From Octopus sinensis (lineage: Eukaryota), in contig NC_042999.1 in assembly GCF_006345805.1 (NCBI RefSeq), forward strand, positions 56,916,001-56,980,000: 64,000 bases of DNA, written 5' to 3'. Made by a program: the position numbers and the translations under genes. Positions 51,631 to 64,000 of the stretch are shown here, piece after piece. Below the pieces are notes generated by a model that was not told where the DNA came from, did not search any database, and worked only from the letters and a program-made list of their open reading frames with translations. How positions within the stretch are numbered: position 1 is the stretch's first letter; every line of letters begins with the position of its first letter.

Positions 51631-53836
51631 GGCGTGGGAGTGGCTGTGTGGTAAGTAGCTTGCTTACCAACCACATGGTTCTGGGTTCAGTCCCACTGCG
51701 TGGCACCTTGGGCAAATGTCTTCTACTATAGCCTTGGGCTGACCAAAGCCTTGTGAGTGGATTTGGTAGACGGAAACTGAAAGAAACCCGTTGTAAATAT
51801 GTATATATATATATATCATCATCATCATCATCATCATCGTTTAACGTCCATTCTCCATGCTAGCATGGGTTGGACGGTTCGACCGGGGATCTGGGAAGCC
51901 AGAAGGCTGCACCAGGCTCCAGTCTTATCTGGCAATGTTTCTACAGCTGGATGCCCTTCCTAACGCCAACCACTCCGTGAGTGTAGTGGGTGCTTTTTAC
52001 ATGTCACCTGCACAGGTGCCAGGCGAGGCTGGCAACGGCCACGGTCGGATTGGTATATTTTACGTGCCACCGGCACGGAAGCCAGTCGAGGTGGCGCTGG
52101 CATCGGCCACGAGTTGGATAGTGCTTTTTACGTACCACCAGACCAGGGGTCCTGGCTGGTTCAATTCGATTCCGATTTCGCTTGCCCCAACATGTCTTTG
52201 CAAGCAAAGGGGGTTGGCATGGGTGCCTGTCGTCGGATGAGGTTCTATATCGACTTCGCTTGCCTCAACAGGTCTTTGTGTCCAAGGGAGTAAAGGCATG
52301 CATAAGTGGGCTGGGCTCACTTGTCCTGCCTGGTCTTCTCACGTACAGCATATTTCCAAAGGTCTCGGTCGCTGGTCATTTCCTCAGTGAGGCCTAAAGT
52401 TCGAAGGTTGTGCTTCACCACTTCGTCCCAGGTTTTCCTGGATCTACCTCTTCCATGGGCTCCCTCAACTGCTAGGGATTGGCACTTTCTCACACACCTA
52501 TCTTCATCCATTCTCTCCACATGACCATACCAGCGCAATCGTCTCTCTTGCACACCACAACTGATGCTTCTTAGGTACAACATTTCTCTCAAGGTACTAA
52601 TGCTCTGTCGAGTATGTACACTGACATTACACATCCAATGGAGCATACTGGCTTCATTCCTCATGAGCTTACGCATGTCCTCAGCAATCACGGCCCGTGT
52701 TTCACTGCCATGTAGCATGGCTGTTCGTACACATGCATCATACAGTCTGCCTTTTACTCTGAGCGAGAGGCCTTTAGTCACCAGCAGAGGTAAGAGCTCC
52801 CTAAACTTTGCGCAGGCTATTCTTATTCTAGCAGTTACACTTTCAGCGCACCCACCCCCACTACTGACTTGGTCACCTAGATAACGGAAGCTATCAACTA
52901 CTTCTAGTTTTTCCCCCTAGAAAGTGACAGAAGTTGTTTTCTGCAGATTTTTCGGAGGTTAATGCTCCCGAGCATCTGCCACATACAAAAACTATCTTCC
53001 AAGTTAGCCTACCTTTGACATTGCTGCACCTCTTATGTGTCCATAGCTTACAATGGGTACATCTTATAGACTTTCTGCCTACACCTTTTCTACAGATCGA
53101 GCAGGGCCATCTTCCTGAAGACATTTGTGGATTGTCTACCTTCCTACTTATTAGGACTTTGGTTTTAGCTAGGTTGACTCTAAGGCCCCTCGATTCTAAA
53201 CCCTCCTTCCACACCTGGAACTTCTCCTCCAGTTCTGATAGTGACTCAGCAATTAAAGCAAGGTCGTCAGCATAGAGGAGCTCCCTGGGGCAACCTGTCT
53301 TGAATTCCTCCGTAATTGCCTGGAGGACTATGATAAATAGGATGGGGCTGAGTACTGAACCCTGGTGGACCCTAACCTCTACTTTGAATTCTTCTGTGTA
53401 CATGTTGCCAACCCTAACCTTACTTACGGCATCTCTGTACATGGCTTGCACAGCCCTCACCAGCCATTCATCTATCCCTAGTTTCCTCATTGACCATCAG
53501 ATAAGGGATCGGGGGACCCTATCAAAGGCTTTCTCCATGTCAACGAAAGCCAGGTACAGGGGCTTATCTTTGGCTAGGTATTTCTCCTGCAGCTGCCTTA
53601 TATATATATATATATATGTATGTGTGTATATATGTTTGTGTGTCTGTGTTTGCCCCAACATCGCTTGACAACCGATGCTGGTGTGTTTACTTCCCCCGTA
53701 ACTTAGCAGTTAGGCAAAAGACACCGATAGAATAAATACTAGGCTTACAAAGAATAAGTCCTGGGTTCGATTTGCTCGACTAAAGGCGGTACTCGAGCAT
53801 GGCTGCAGCCAAATGACTGAAACAAGTAAAAGAGTA
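51631..53836 (+). mobile_element. SINE B split by an RTE insertion in its internal (TA)n
   Basis: Head and core at 51631-51800, tail half at 53599-53836. Confidence 0.9.
51815..53598 (-). mobile_element. 5'-truncated RTE LINE (RT, PHD-type finger, C-terminus, 3' UTR)
   Basis: ORFs 52894..53490 (YADD, PHD ligands) and 52317..52781; frameshift near 52920; (GAT)n tail. Confidence 0.95.
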
Positions 53837-53892
53837 ATTTAGGCAGTAATAATACTGAGATGTAATATTTATCCCCATTAAGACTAAGTTAT

Positions 53893-54010
53893 GTGGAGGT
53901 GCAATGGCCCAATGGTTAGGGCAGTGGACTTGCAGTCGGAGGATTGCGGTTTCGATTCCCAGACCAGGTGATGTGTGTGTTTATTGAGCGAAAACACCTA
54001 AAGCCCCACG
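53893..54010 (+). mobile_element. SINE D head fragment
   Basis: Matches the head of 24216-24651. Confidence 0.75.
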
Positions 54011-54399
54011 ATACTGGTTGTTAAGCATTGGGTGTGGGAACATAAACCAATACTGGTTGTTAAGCATTGGGTGTGGGAACATAAACAAACACAAAGACAC
54101 ACATCCATAAGCACACACACACTTATACACACACATATATATACACAACAAGCTTCTACCCAGTTTCCATCTAACAAATTCACTCACAGGGCTGTTGCCA
54201 CAGTTGTAAGTCAGTGGATTGACAAAATTTTTATAACACTGGAGAAAATGCCTTGTGGTATTTTTTCTAGCTGTTTGGATTCTGACTTCAAATTCTGTCA
54301 AAGTCAACTTTGCTTTCATCTTTGTAGGAGTTAATGAAATAAACTACCAGTCAAATACTAGAGGTGATACCATTAAAAAAAGTTACCTTCTTGAGCTAT

Positions 54400-54630
54400 A
54401 CCAACTCATAAGGACCAGTTTCCCAGTTTCATAGCATATATATTCCTCACCTGGACAGAACACTGGTCTCTCACGAGATTACTTATTATTGTCAGCTGAG
54501 TGGACTGAAGCGATGTGAAATGAAGTGTTTTGCTGAAGAACACAGTGTGTCACCTTGTCCAGGAATCCAAACCACCATCTTATGATCATGAGTCTAACAC
54601 CCTAACCACTGAGCCACGTGCGTCCACTAG
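54400..54630 (-). mobile_element. SINE related to family C
   Basis: Reversed tRNA-like head (ctaaccactgagccac) and cagctgagtggact core. Confidence 0.6.
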
Positions 54631-55196
54631 TTGATGTCATTCCCTTGCACCTTCTGCCAAAATTGTTGGTTTTGTGCCTTAAAAACATCGGTTTTCAAAT
54701 TATTGTTGTTAAGCCCCTGTGTCAACCCATACCATCTTTTTAGGTCTATGTAGGAATACATTATCAGATGTTTCTTGTCCTTAAGTTAGACAAGTGTACA
54801 ATTTGAATGAAATTTGGCTGCTATATCTAGCAGTCCAAACAACCACATAGTGGCTCCTTTGTTAGCTTGATGTTGTTTAATTCTGTGTTAGTTCTGACTG
54901 AACACACCTCTGATTACAGACACTCTGGCCTTCACCATCTTGTTTTTCTTTTTGTGGAGTGGTTGCCACAGTATACTCTTATTCAATGTGCCCTTTTTAT
55001 GACAGGAGGGTGTTGTTTAAGGGAAATTTTTTGACTGCTGTTGACAGCAGGAAGACCAAGCACTTACAAGCTCCTCCATTTCCTCTCTCACATTACAGGT
55101 TCCAAATCATGTTAAAAATCCTTCTTGTAAAAGACCAGTATCTTATACAGAGAAAGATTTGTTATATTCTTAATTCTATAAAACAATAGCAATATA

Positions 55197-55759
55197 TTGG
55201 GTTGTCGTGCCGATTTTTAAAGGAAAGAAAAAGGTCAATAAATACTTGCCATTACCCAAGCTTTACCAGGTGCTCATGAACAATGGATTTTGATAGGTTG
55301 AGGCTTTCTGCCAATTCTTGGGTTGTGTAATGTGGGTTATTCTCAATTAATGACTTGATTTGGTCATCATCTGTAGTGGATGGTCTGCCAGATTGCTTTT
55401 TATCAATAAGGCTACAATCTCCAGCTCGGAACCTCGCGAACCACTTCCGTACAATTCTTTCAGTTAAAGAAACATCACCGTAAACTGCACATATTTCTTT
55501 GGTTGCTTGTGAGGCATTTTTCCCTTTATGGTAAAAGAAAGCATCAAGTGCCGAAAATGAACTTTCTTATCTTCCATTTTAAAGGGTTACAGAATTAACA
55601 CAGGTTATAGGAACATAAACCTTCCTCCACGAAAAGATAGCTTAAACTGTGCTCTAAATGGAGGTGTAGTCAAATCCTATTTTATGGACTCAACCATGTT
55701 CTAAATTAAGTTGAATGGTAAGCTACTATAAATCGGCACAAATTTTCCAGACAACCCAA
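55197..55759 (-). mobile_element. Internally deleted mariner element retaining the transposase N-terminus (same family as 32320-32875)
   Basis: TA TSD at 55195-96 and 55760-61; same TIR and 5' UTR; frame-corrected MEDKKVHFRHLML..FYHKGKNASQATKEICAVYG...VRKWFARFRAGD...SGRP...NPHYTTQELAESL. Confidence 0.92.
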
Positions 55760-55924
55760 TACTAACCTTCAAACTGCTACTATAGGTTTTTAGTATAATT
55801 AGCAGAGCATTAGACAAAATGCATTGTGTTGCTTAGTGAAGTCTCTTTATGTTCCATATTAAAACTCCAGGACTATCTTTGTCTTTCATTCTGGGTGATA
55901 GACTTAATCTGCTGTTGCATTTAA

Positions 55925-56144
55925 CCTTCTAGCATTTAAACTGACCATATCTGGCCAAAATATTCTTCCTGCTTTATGTTCAAGCTGACCAAATCTGATC
56001 CCTCACACCTAACCTACAATGACATTCTAAAAATAAGCACTTACATCATCAAACGCTTGAAGCTACAAGATAATTCATGATTGATTCAAAACAATTGGAA
56101 TTTATAAGAATTACATTTGACAGAATAATCTTAATGCTAAAGAG
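55925..56144. mobile_element. P2 piggyBac-type MITE
   Basis: TTAA-ccttctagcatt ... aatgctaaagag-TTAA. Confidence 0.8.
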
Positions 56145-56379
56145 TTAATGTCATATGAACTTTGGGTAATTTAGTAGAGTCCACACAGCTATGAGCATTT
56201 GGGGTGGGTCTCCAGTTGGAGGAAAACTGCTTTCTTTTCTGTCTCCCTCCAACCAAATCACTCAGAGCTTCTGAGAGGGGTAGAAGGCACTACAAGTACT
56301 GAGTTTGAGATAACTAATTATACCTATCCCAAAATTTGTAACTTTGTACCTACTTATGCTAGAAAATGTTCATTATCAA

Positions 56380-56642
56380 GGCAGTGAGCTGGCAGAAATG
56401 TTAGCAGGCCGGACGAAATGCTTAGCAGTATTTCATCTGCCGTTATGCTCTGAGTTCAAATTCTGCCGAGGTCGACTTTGTCTTTCATCCTCTCGGGGTC
56501 GTAAATTAAGTACCAGTTACACACTGGGGTCGATCTAATTGACTTAATCCCTTTGTCTGTCCTTGTTTGTCCCCTCTATATTTAGCCCCTTGTGGGTAAT
56601 AAAGAAATAAGAAAATGTTCATTATCATCATTTTTATTGTTG

Positions 56643-56674
<32 letters not shown>

Positions 56675-56915
56675 GTTTTTGTTGTTGTTGTTGTTGAGTG
56701 TGCAGTAAGCTGGCAGAATTGTTAGCATGTCAGGCGAAATGCTTAGTGGCATTTTGTCCATCGCTATGCTCTGAGTTCAAATTCCACTGAGGTCAACTTT
56801 GCCTTTCATCATTTCAGGGTTGATAAAATAAGTACCAGATAAAATAAGTACTGGGATCGATAAAATTGACTAGCTGCCTCTCGCAAAATTTCAGGTCTTG
56901 TATCTATAGTTGAAA
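56380..56915 (+). mobile_element. SINE G (56380-56612) and SINE F (56705-56915)
   Basis: Family motifs; separated by (ATT)n/(GTT)n. Confidence 0.85.
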
Positions 56916-56934
56916 GGATTATTATTATTATTAT

Positions 56935-57455
56935 TGAGTGAAGGAGCAGCACATACCATTAAAGTGATGCTGGGATACAATTATATTAAGCCCAATGTAC
57001 CCATCATGATTACCTCTCTGGTAAGAATACAACAGGCACATGTATCCCAACCATATGTGCATGACATGGTGACCTTATATCAAGATAGACAGTGTATGAT
57101 CTTGCATGTGGGGTCCATTTAGAATTTTCTTCCGGTCGAGTAACACATGCAACTCAAAAATTTCTGAATAATGGTTGTTTAAGGATGACTAATAAAATAA
57201 CCAGGGGTGAATTATTAAAATCCCAGAGTCCTTCTATGATACTTCCTAACTACTCCTATTCATGATCAGAGATGCACATAACATCAGCCACCAAAGGACA
57301 TGTTGAACTGGTTAAGGGCAAGCAACTGACAAGCAAATTTACATTATTGAATAGAATATTTGTTGTAGCCCATCTTTTATACCAAGACAAAACATGTACA
57401 TGAGTTAAGATAGAAGCCATGAGAGCCACTGCCTGGTATTGCATCAGGGCATTTA
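56935..57455. mobile_element. Family E repeat, longer copy, inverted relative to 946-1320
   Basis: Colinear with the reverse complement of 946-1320; (ATT)n on both flanks. Confidence 0.7.
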
Positions 57456-57490
57456 TGATTATTATTATAATTACTATTATTATTATTATT

Positions 57491-60266
57491 ACTCGAAGCC
57501 TTGACGAAATAGAAGGGGATATAGCTTCACATGGGATAGAAGACAACTGGAGGTTCCTACGGGACAACCTGCTAAGGGCCACCGACCAGATCTGTGGATA
57601 GTGCAAAGTCCCCTCTAGACCCAAAATAACGTGGTGGTGGAACAATGTTGTTCACAGGGCTATTAGACAAAAGAAACAGGCTTGGAAGGACTGGAAGAAC
57701 GGTGGTAGCAGGGAAAAGTATCAGACTGCCAGAAGGGAAGCTAGGAGGCAGGTTTATTTAACCAAAGGGGAAGCAGATAACAAAAAATTTGCCAATGTTC
57801 TGTGTCGTGAGGACAAAAGACTTGAAGTATTTCGTGTTGCAAGATAGTGTGTAAGAGAGAATCGTGATGTGGTAGGAGAAAAATGTGTTTGCATGGATGA
57901 TGGTTCACTTGCGCTAAGTGAAGATGCAAAGAGAGTGGTTTGGCGATGCCACTATGAAAGGTTGCTGAATAAAGAAAATGATTGAGATAAAGAGAGTCTG
58001 CCAAATGTCGACCCAACAGAGGGACCAGCTATCTGAGTTGACAGTTCCTTGGTAGTTAAGGCAATTAGAAGCATGAAGACATGGAAAGCCCCAGGCCCAT
58101 CAGGAATTACTGCAGAGATGCTCAAAATATCTAGCAGTGTAGGCTATAGCCTAGTCACCCATATAGATAACCAGGTGATACACAAAGGAGTCATATCCAA
58201 TGACTGGTGTAGCAGCATAATAGTCAACTGCTACAAAATAATTACAGAGGTATCAAGCTGTTGGATCAGGTAATGAAGGTTACAGAGAGGATCATAGCCC
58301 AACTGATCAGGGAGAGAGTCAACTTGGATGAGATGCAATTTGGTTTCGTGCCAGGGAAAAGCACCACTGATGCTATATTTCTGGTAAGACAGCTGCAGGA
58401 GAAATACCTAGCCAAAGATAAGCCCCTGTACCTGGCTTTCGTTGACATGGAGAAAGCCTTTGACAGGGTCCCCCGATCCCTTATCTGGTGGTCAATGAGG
58501 AAACTAGGGATAGATGAATGGTTAGTGAGAGCTGTGCAAGCCATGTACAGAGACACTGTAAGTAAGGTAAAGGTTGGCAATGAGTACACTGAAGAATTCA
58601 AGGTAGAGGTTGGGGTCCACCAGGGTTCAGTCCTCAGCCCTCTCATAGTTATCATAGTCCTCCAGGCAATAACGGAGGAACTCAAGACAGGATGCTCCTG
58701 GGAGCTCCTCTATGCTGACGACCTTGCTCTAATTGCTGAGTCACTATCAGAACTAGAGGAGAAGTTTCAAGTGTGGAAACAAGGATTAGAATCGAAGGGC
58801 CTTAGAATCAACCTAGCTAAAACCAAAGTCCTAATAAGTAGGAAGGCAGGCAAACCACAAATGTCTTCAGGTAGATGGCCCTGCTCGATCTGTAGTAGAG
58901 GCATGGGTAGAAACTCTATAAGATGTACCCAGTGTAAACTATGAACACATAAGAGGTGCAGTAATATCAAAGGAATGCTAACTGGGAAGATAGATTTTGT
59001 ATGTGGCAGATGCTTGGGAGCGATAAACACTGAAAATATGCAGAGACCAACTTCCGCCACATTCCAGGGAGAAAACCAGAAGTAGTTGATAGCTTCCGTT
59101 ATCTAGGTGACCAAGTCAGTAGTGGAGGAGGGTGCACTGAAAGTGTAGCTGCTAGAATAAGAATAGCTTGGGCAAAGTTCAGAGAGCTCTTACCTCTGCT
59201 GGTGACAAAGGGCCTCTCGCTCAGAGTAAAAGGCAGACTGTATGATGCATGTGTACAAATAGCCATGCTACATGGCAGTGAAACATGGGCTGTGACTGCT
59301 GAGGATATGCATAAGCTCACAAGGAATGAAGCCAGTATAATCTGATGGATGTGTAATGTCAGTGTGCATACTCAACAGAGTGTAAGTACCTTGAGAGAAA
59401 AGTTGGACCTAAGAAGCATTAGATGTGGTGTGCAAGAGAGATGAATGCGCTGGTATGTTCATGTGGCGAGAACGGATGAGGATAGCAGTGTGAAAAAGTG
59501 CCACACCCTAGCAGTTGAGGGAACCTGTGGAAGAGGTAGACCCAGGAAGACCTGGGATAAAGTGGTGAAACACGACCTTCGAACATTAGGCCTCACCAAG
59601 AAAATGACTAGCGACTGAGACTTTTGGAAATATACTGTGCTTGAGAAGACCCGGCAAGCCAGATGTGACCATAACCCTTGGCCTATGCCAGGAGCATAAC
59701 CAGCCCGCTTATGCATACTTTTTCCTTCTTTGGTCACTAAACTCTGTTTGCGAAGACCTGTTGAGGCAAGTGAAATCAATATCAAAATCAAAATCAATTC
59801 GATGACTGGCATCTGTGCTAGCGGGGTGCAAAGAGCACCATACGAGTGTGATTGTTGACAGAGTGGCTATTCGAGTATGGTTGTTACCAGCATCGCCTTA
59901 CTGGCACTTATGTCTGTGCTAGTAGGGTGCCAAGAGCGTGATCATTGCCAGAGCAGCTGCCATACCCATGGCACGTTAAAGAGCACCATTCGAGCGTGAT
60001 CGTTACCAACGTCACTTCACTGGCACTTGTAAAAAAATTTGAGCGAGGTCATTGCTAGTACCACCTGAGTGGACCCCATGCCGATGGCACATAAAAAGCA
60101 CTCACTACACTCTCGGAGTGGTTGGCATTAGGAAGGGCATCCAGATGTAGAAACTCTGCCAGACCAAGACTGGAGCCTGGTGCATCCATCTGGTTTGCCA
60201 GCCCTCAGTCAAAATCGTCCAACCCATGCTAGAATGGAAAGCGGACGTTAAACGATGATGATGATG

Positions 60267-60268
<2 letters not shown>
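57491..60268 (+). mobile_element. 5'-truncated, more decayed RTE LINE
   Basis: Homologous to 14344-16520; RT ORF 58261..58944 with YADD; several stops and a 26-bp deletion near 58236; tail ...cggacgttaaac(gat)n then (ATT)n. Confidence 0.95.
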
Positions 60269-60298
<30 letters not shown>

Positions 60299-61304
60299 GG
60301 CATCAAACTGGCAGAATCATTAGCATGCCAGGTGAAATGCTTAGCAATATTTCATCCATCCTCATGTTCTGAGTTCAAATGCTGCTGAGGTTGACTTTAC
60401 CTTCCCTCCTTTCTCGGTCAATAAAATAAACACCAGTTGAGTACTGGAGTCGATCTAATTGACTGGCCCCCTCCTTCAAAATTTCAGGCCTTGTGCCTAT
60501 AGTGGAAAGGATTACTATTATTATTAACAGGGCAGTGAGCTGGCAGAATCATTTGCACACTGGATGAAATGTTTAGCGGCATTTTGTCCATCGCTATATT
60601 CTGAGTTCAAATTCCACTGACGTCAACTTTGCCTTTCATTCTTTTGGGGTTGACAAATTAAGAACCAATTGAATGCTGGAGTTGATGTAACAGACTCATC
60701 ACCTTCCCCCAAAAGCTACCCTTGTGGCAAAATTTGAAACCATTATTATTATTATTAAGGTGGCACATCGGGCAAAATGCTTTATGGTATTTTGTCTGCA
60801 TTTATGTTCTGAGTTCAAACTTTGCCGAAGTCACCTTTGCCTTTCTTCCTTTCGGGGTCAATAAATTAAATACCAGTGAAACACTGGGATTGGTGTTATC
60901 AACCAGTCCCCTCCCACCAAATCTGAGGCCTTGTGCCTCCAGTAGAAAGGATTATTATTATTATTATTAATTATTATTATTATTAAGTTCTTTGACTGCT
61001 TAACCATGGCACGTTAAAGAGCACCATTCGAGCGTGATCGTTACCAACGTCACTTCACTGGCACTTGTAAAAAAATTTGAGCGAGGTCATTGCTAGTACC
61101 ACCTGAGTGGACCCCATGCCGATGGCACATAAAAAGCACTCACTACACTCTCGGAGTGGTTGGCATTAGGAAGGGCATCCAGATGTAGAAACTCTGCCAG
61201 ACCAAGACTGGAGCCTGGTGCATCCATCTGGTTTGCCAGCCCTCAGTCAAAATCGTCCAACCCATGCTAGAATGGAAAGCGGACGTTAAACGATGATGAT
61301 GATG

Positions 61305-61339
<35 letters not shown>

Positions 61340-62720
61340 GGCATCAAACTGGCAGAATCGTTAGCATGCCAGGTGAAATGCTTAGCAATATTTCATCCAT
61401 CCTCATGTTCTGAGTTCAAATGCTGCTGAGGTTGACTTTACCTTCCCTCCTTTCTCGGTCAATAAAATAAACACCAGTTGAGTACTGGAGTCGATCTAAT
61501 TGACTGGCCCCCTCCTTCAAAATTTCAGGCCTTGTGCCTATAGTGGAAAGGATTACTATTATTATTAACAGGGCAGTGAGCTGGCAGAATCATTTGCACA
61601 CTGGATGAAATGTTTAGCGGCATTTTGTCCATCGCTATATTCTGAGTTCAAATTCCACTGACGTCAACTTTGCCTTTCATTCTTTTGGGGTTGACAAATT
61701 AAGAACCAATTGAATGCTGGAGTTGATGTAACAGACTCATCACCTTCCCCCAAAAGCTACCCTTGTGGCAAAATTTGAAACCATTATTATTATTATTAAG
61801 GTGGCACATCGGGCAAAATGCTTTATGGTATTTTGTCTGCATTTATGTTCTGAGTTCAAACTTTGCCGAAGTCACCTTTGCCTTTCTTCCTTTCGGGGTC
61901 AATAAATTAAATACCAGTGAAACACTGGGATTGGTGTTATCAACCAGTCCCCTCCCACCAAATCTGAGGCCTTGTGCCTCCAGTAGAAAGGATTATTATA
62001 TTATTATTATTAAGGCATCAAACTGGCAGAATCGTTAGCATGCCAGGTGAAATGCTTAGCAATATTTCATCCATCCTCATGTTCTGAGTTCAAATGCTGC
62101 TGAGGTTGACTTTACCTTCCCTCCTTTCTCGGTCAATAAAATAAACACCAGTTGAGTACTGGAGTCGATCTAATTGACTGGCCCCCTCCTTCAAAATTTC
62201 AGGCCTTGTGCCTATAGTGGAAAGGATTACTATTATTATTAACAGGGCAGTGAGCTGGCAGAATCATTTGCACACTGGATGAAATGTTTAGCGGCATTTT
62301 GTCCATCGCTATATTCTGAGTTCAAATTCCACTGACGTCAACTTTGCCTTTCATTCTTTTGGGGTTGACAAATTAAGAACCAATTGAATGCTGGAGTTGA
62401 TGTAACAGACTCATCACCTTCCCCCAAAAGCTACCCTTGTGGCAAAATTTGAAACCATTATTATTATTATTAAGGTGGCACATCGGGCAAAATGCTTTAT
62501 GGTATTTTGTCTGCATTTATGTTCTGAGTTCAAACTTTGCCGAAGTCACCTTTGCCTTTCTTCCTTTCGGGGTCAATAAATTAAATACCAGTGAAACACT
62601 GGGATTGGTGTTATCAACCAGTCCCCTCCCACCAAATCTGAGGCCTTGTGCCTCCAGTAGAAAGGATTATTATTATTATTATTAATTATTATTATTATTA
62701 AGTTCTTTGACTGCTTAACC
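59968..62720. repeat. Nested tandem duplication A-B-A-B-B (RTE tail plus three SINE F per B unit)
   Basis: gagcaccattcgagcgtg at 59981 and 61019; ggcatcaaactggcag at 60299, 61340 and 62014. Confidence 0.95.
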
Positions 62721-63565
62721 AAACAGAATGCCTATATATAGTGTTTTGTTTTGTTTATGTTTTCTATTGTACCAAGACTATATTCTCTATAAAGTATGGA
62801 CAAATCCTGGCTGTTATATCTTTGTATGATGCATGTGTGTGTGTGTGTGTGGGGGTGTGTGTTTCCCTAAGTCCTGAGGTTTGAGTTTTTATATATACAA
62901 ATAAATTAGTCTGCATTTTTTCTATCATTGCCAAGGCACCTATTGTTTAATGGTATTGTTTCTATTTCCAGTTATCATCACCATCATCATCCTCATCATC
63001 ATCAGCTGCAGCAGCAGCAGCAGTAGTAGTAGTTGTAGTACCACCATTATTGTATTATCAGCACTATAATTATTGTTCCATTGTTGCATTTGTAGTTATT
63101 ATTCTTCATTCTTCTCCATTGTTTCTTCATTCCATTTTCACTATTTACGTTGTAAACACCATTCCATCCTGTTTATGTAAAAATATTTGCTACATATTTG
63201 TCAAAATTTGAATATCAGAAGACTGTCTGTTTATTCTGTAAAGTTACCGATATTTTTATGCTGTTGTTATAGTTGTGGTACGTTGCGAGTTGAATAAGTG
63301 AAGGTTTGTGATTCCTAATTCCTCCTAATGTCATTTTTCAATTTTTTTCTTTTTTTTCTTGTAGTTCTATTTTTTTTTTTGGCATTTTTTTGGCTTATTG
63401 CTTCCAGAATTCTTTTGAATGAATGCATAAATAAAAGAATGTCAGAATAGCAGGGAAATAACAATATGATAGATACAACAAATTGAAGTTCCATTTCTTT
63501 CAAAGATGGTAGCCAATGAATTTGATAAAAAAAAAAAATCTCTGGATGAATGAAAGGGGCTGTAC

Positions 63566-63630
63566 GGAAACAAGGAAGGGGCTATGTGGAGACAAGGAAG
63601 GGGCTATGTGGAGACAAGGAAGGGGAAATG
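63566..63630. repeat. 22-bp G-rich minisatellite, about three copies
   Basis: ggaaggggctatgtggagacaa repeated. Confidence 0.8.
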
Positions 63631-63749
63631 TGGTAAAGAAATTCACTTTGCAATCATGAAGGTTTGAGGCCAGGTTCTGCTTTGCAACACTTGGTCAAGT
63701 GTCTTCTATCATAATTTCATTATGAGTAAAACTGAGCAGATGAAGTATA

Positions 63750-64000
63750 TTTTGTTACTTGTTTTTTTTGCTTGTTTCAGTCATTTGACTGTGGCCATGC
63801 TGAAGCACCACCTTCAAGGGTTTTGGTCACACAAATCAACCCCAGGACTTATTTTTTTAAAGCCTAGTACTTATTCTATCATTCTCTTTTGCTGAACAGC
63901 TAAGTTACATAAGTACACAAACACCGGTTATCAAGCGGTGATGAGGAAACAGACACAAACACAAAGACACAAATACACACACACACATATATACACGACA
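63750..64000 (-). mobile_element. SINE B tail half (runs off the window)
   Basis: ttgtttcagtcatttgactgtggccatgc...agcctagtacttattctatc... Confidence 0.8.

Noticed and set aside
54011-54085. 39-bp direct duplication inside a degraded SINE B (similar short one at 25845-25905)
   Set aside because: Ordinary slippage duplication; no sign of function.

Overview
AT-rich, repeat-saturated eukaryotic DNA with no host protein-coding gene that I can support; probably intergenic or one large intron. The SINE families and RTE tails resemble those I recall from Octopus (coleoid cephalopod) genomes; this is recognition from memory, not a database result. Contents: three large RTE-clade LINE copies (12.3-17.2 kb nearly intact, 51.8-53.6 kb, 57.5-60.3 kb) plus several solo 3' tails; a Dong/R4-type (restriction-like endonuclease) LINE fragment in a (TAA)n tract; two CR1-type 3' ends; mariner deletion derivatives; hAT- and piggyBac-type MITEs; dozens of tRNA-derived SINEs from at least four families; long microsatellites; and three near-perfect 0.7-1.1 kb tandem duplications, mostly bounded by microsatellites. 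The most notable observations are: (i) a C4HC3 PHD-type finger embedded inside the RT of all three RTE copies; (ii) a five-unit tandem amplification of the RTE 3' UTR; (iii) repeated RTE insertion into (TA)n tracts, including one inside a SINE's own internal microsatellite; (iv) a perfect 94-bp (TA)n-centred palindrome. I did not find a clearly new biological system. The best candidate is a microsatellite/retroelement feedback loop, offered as a hypothesis. Boundaries of degraded repeats were set by eye and are approximate.
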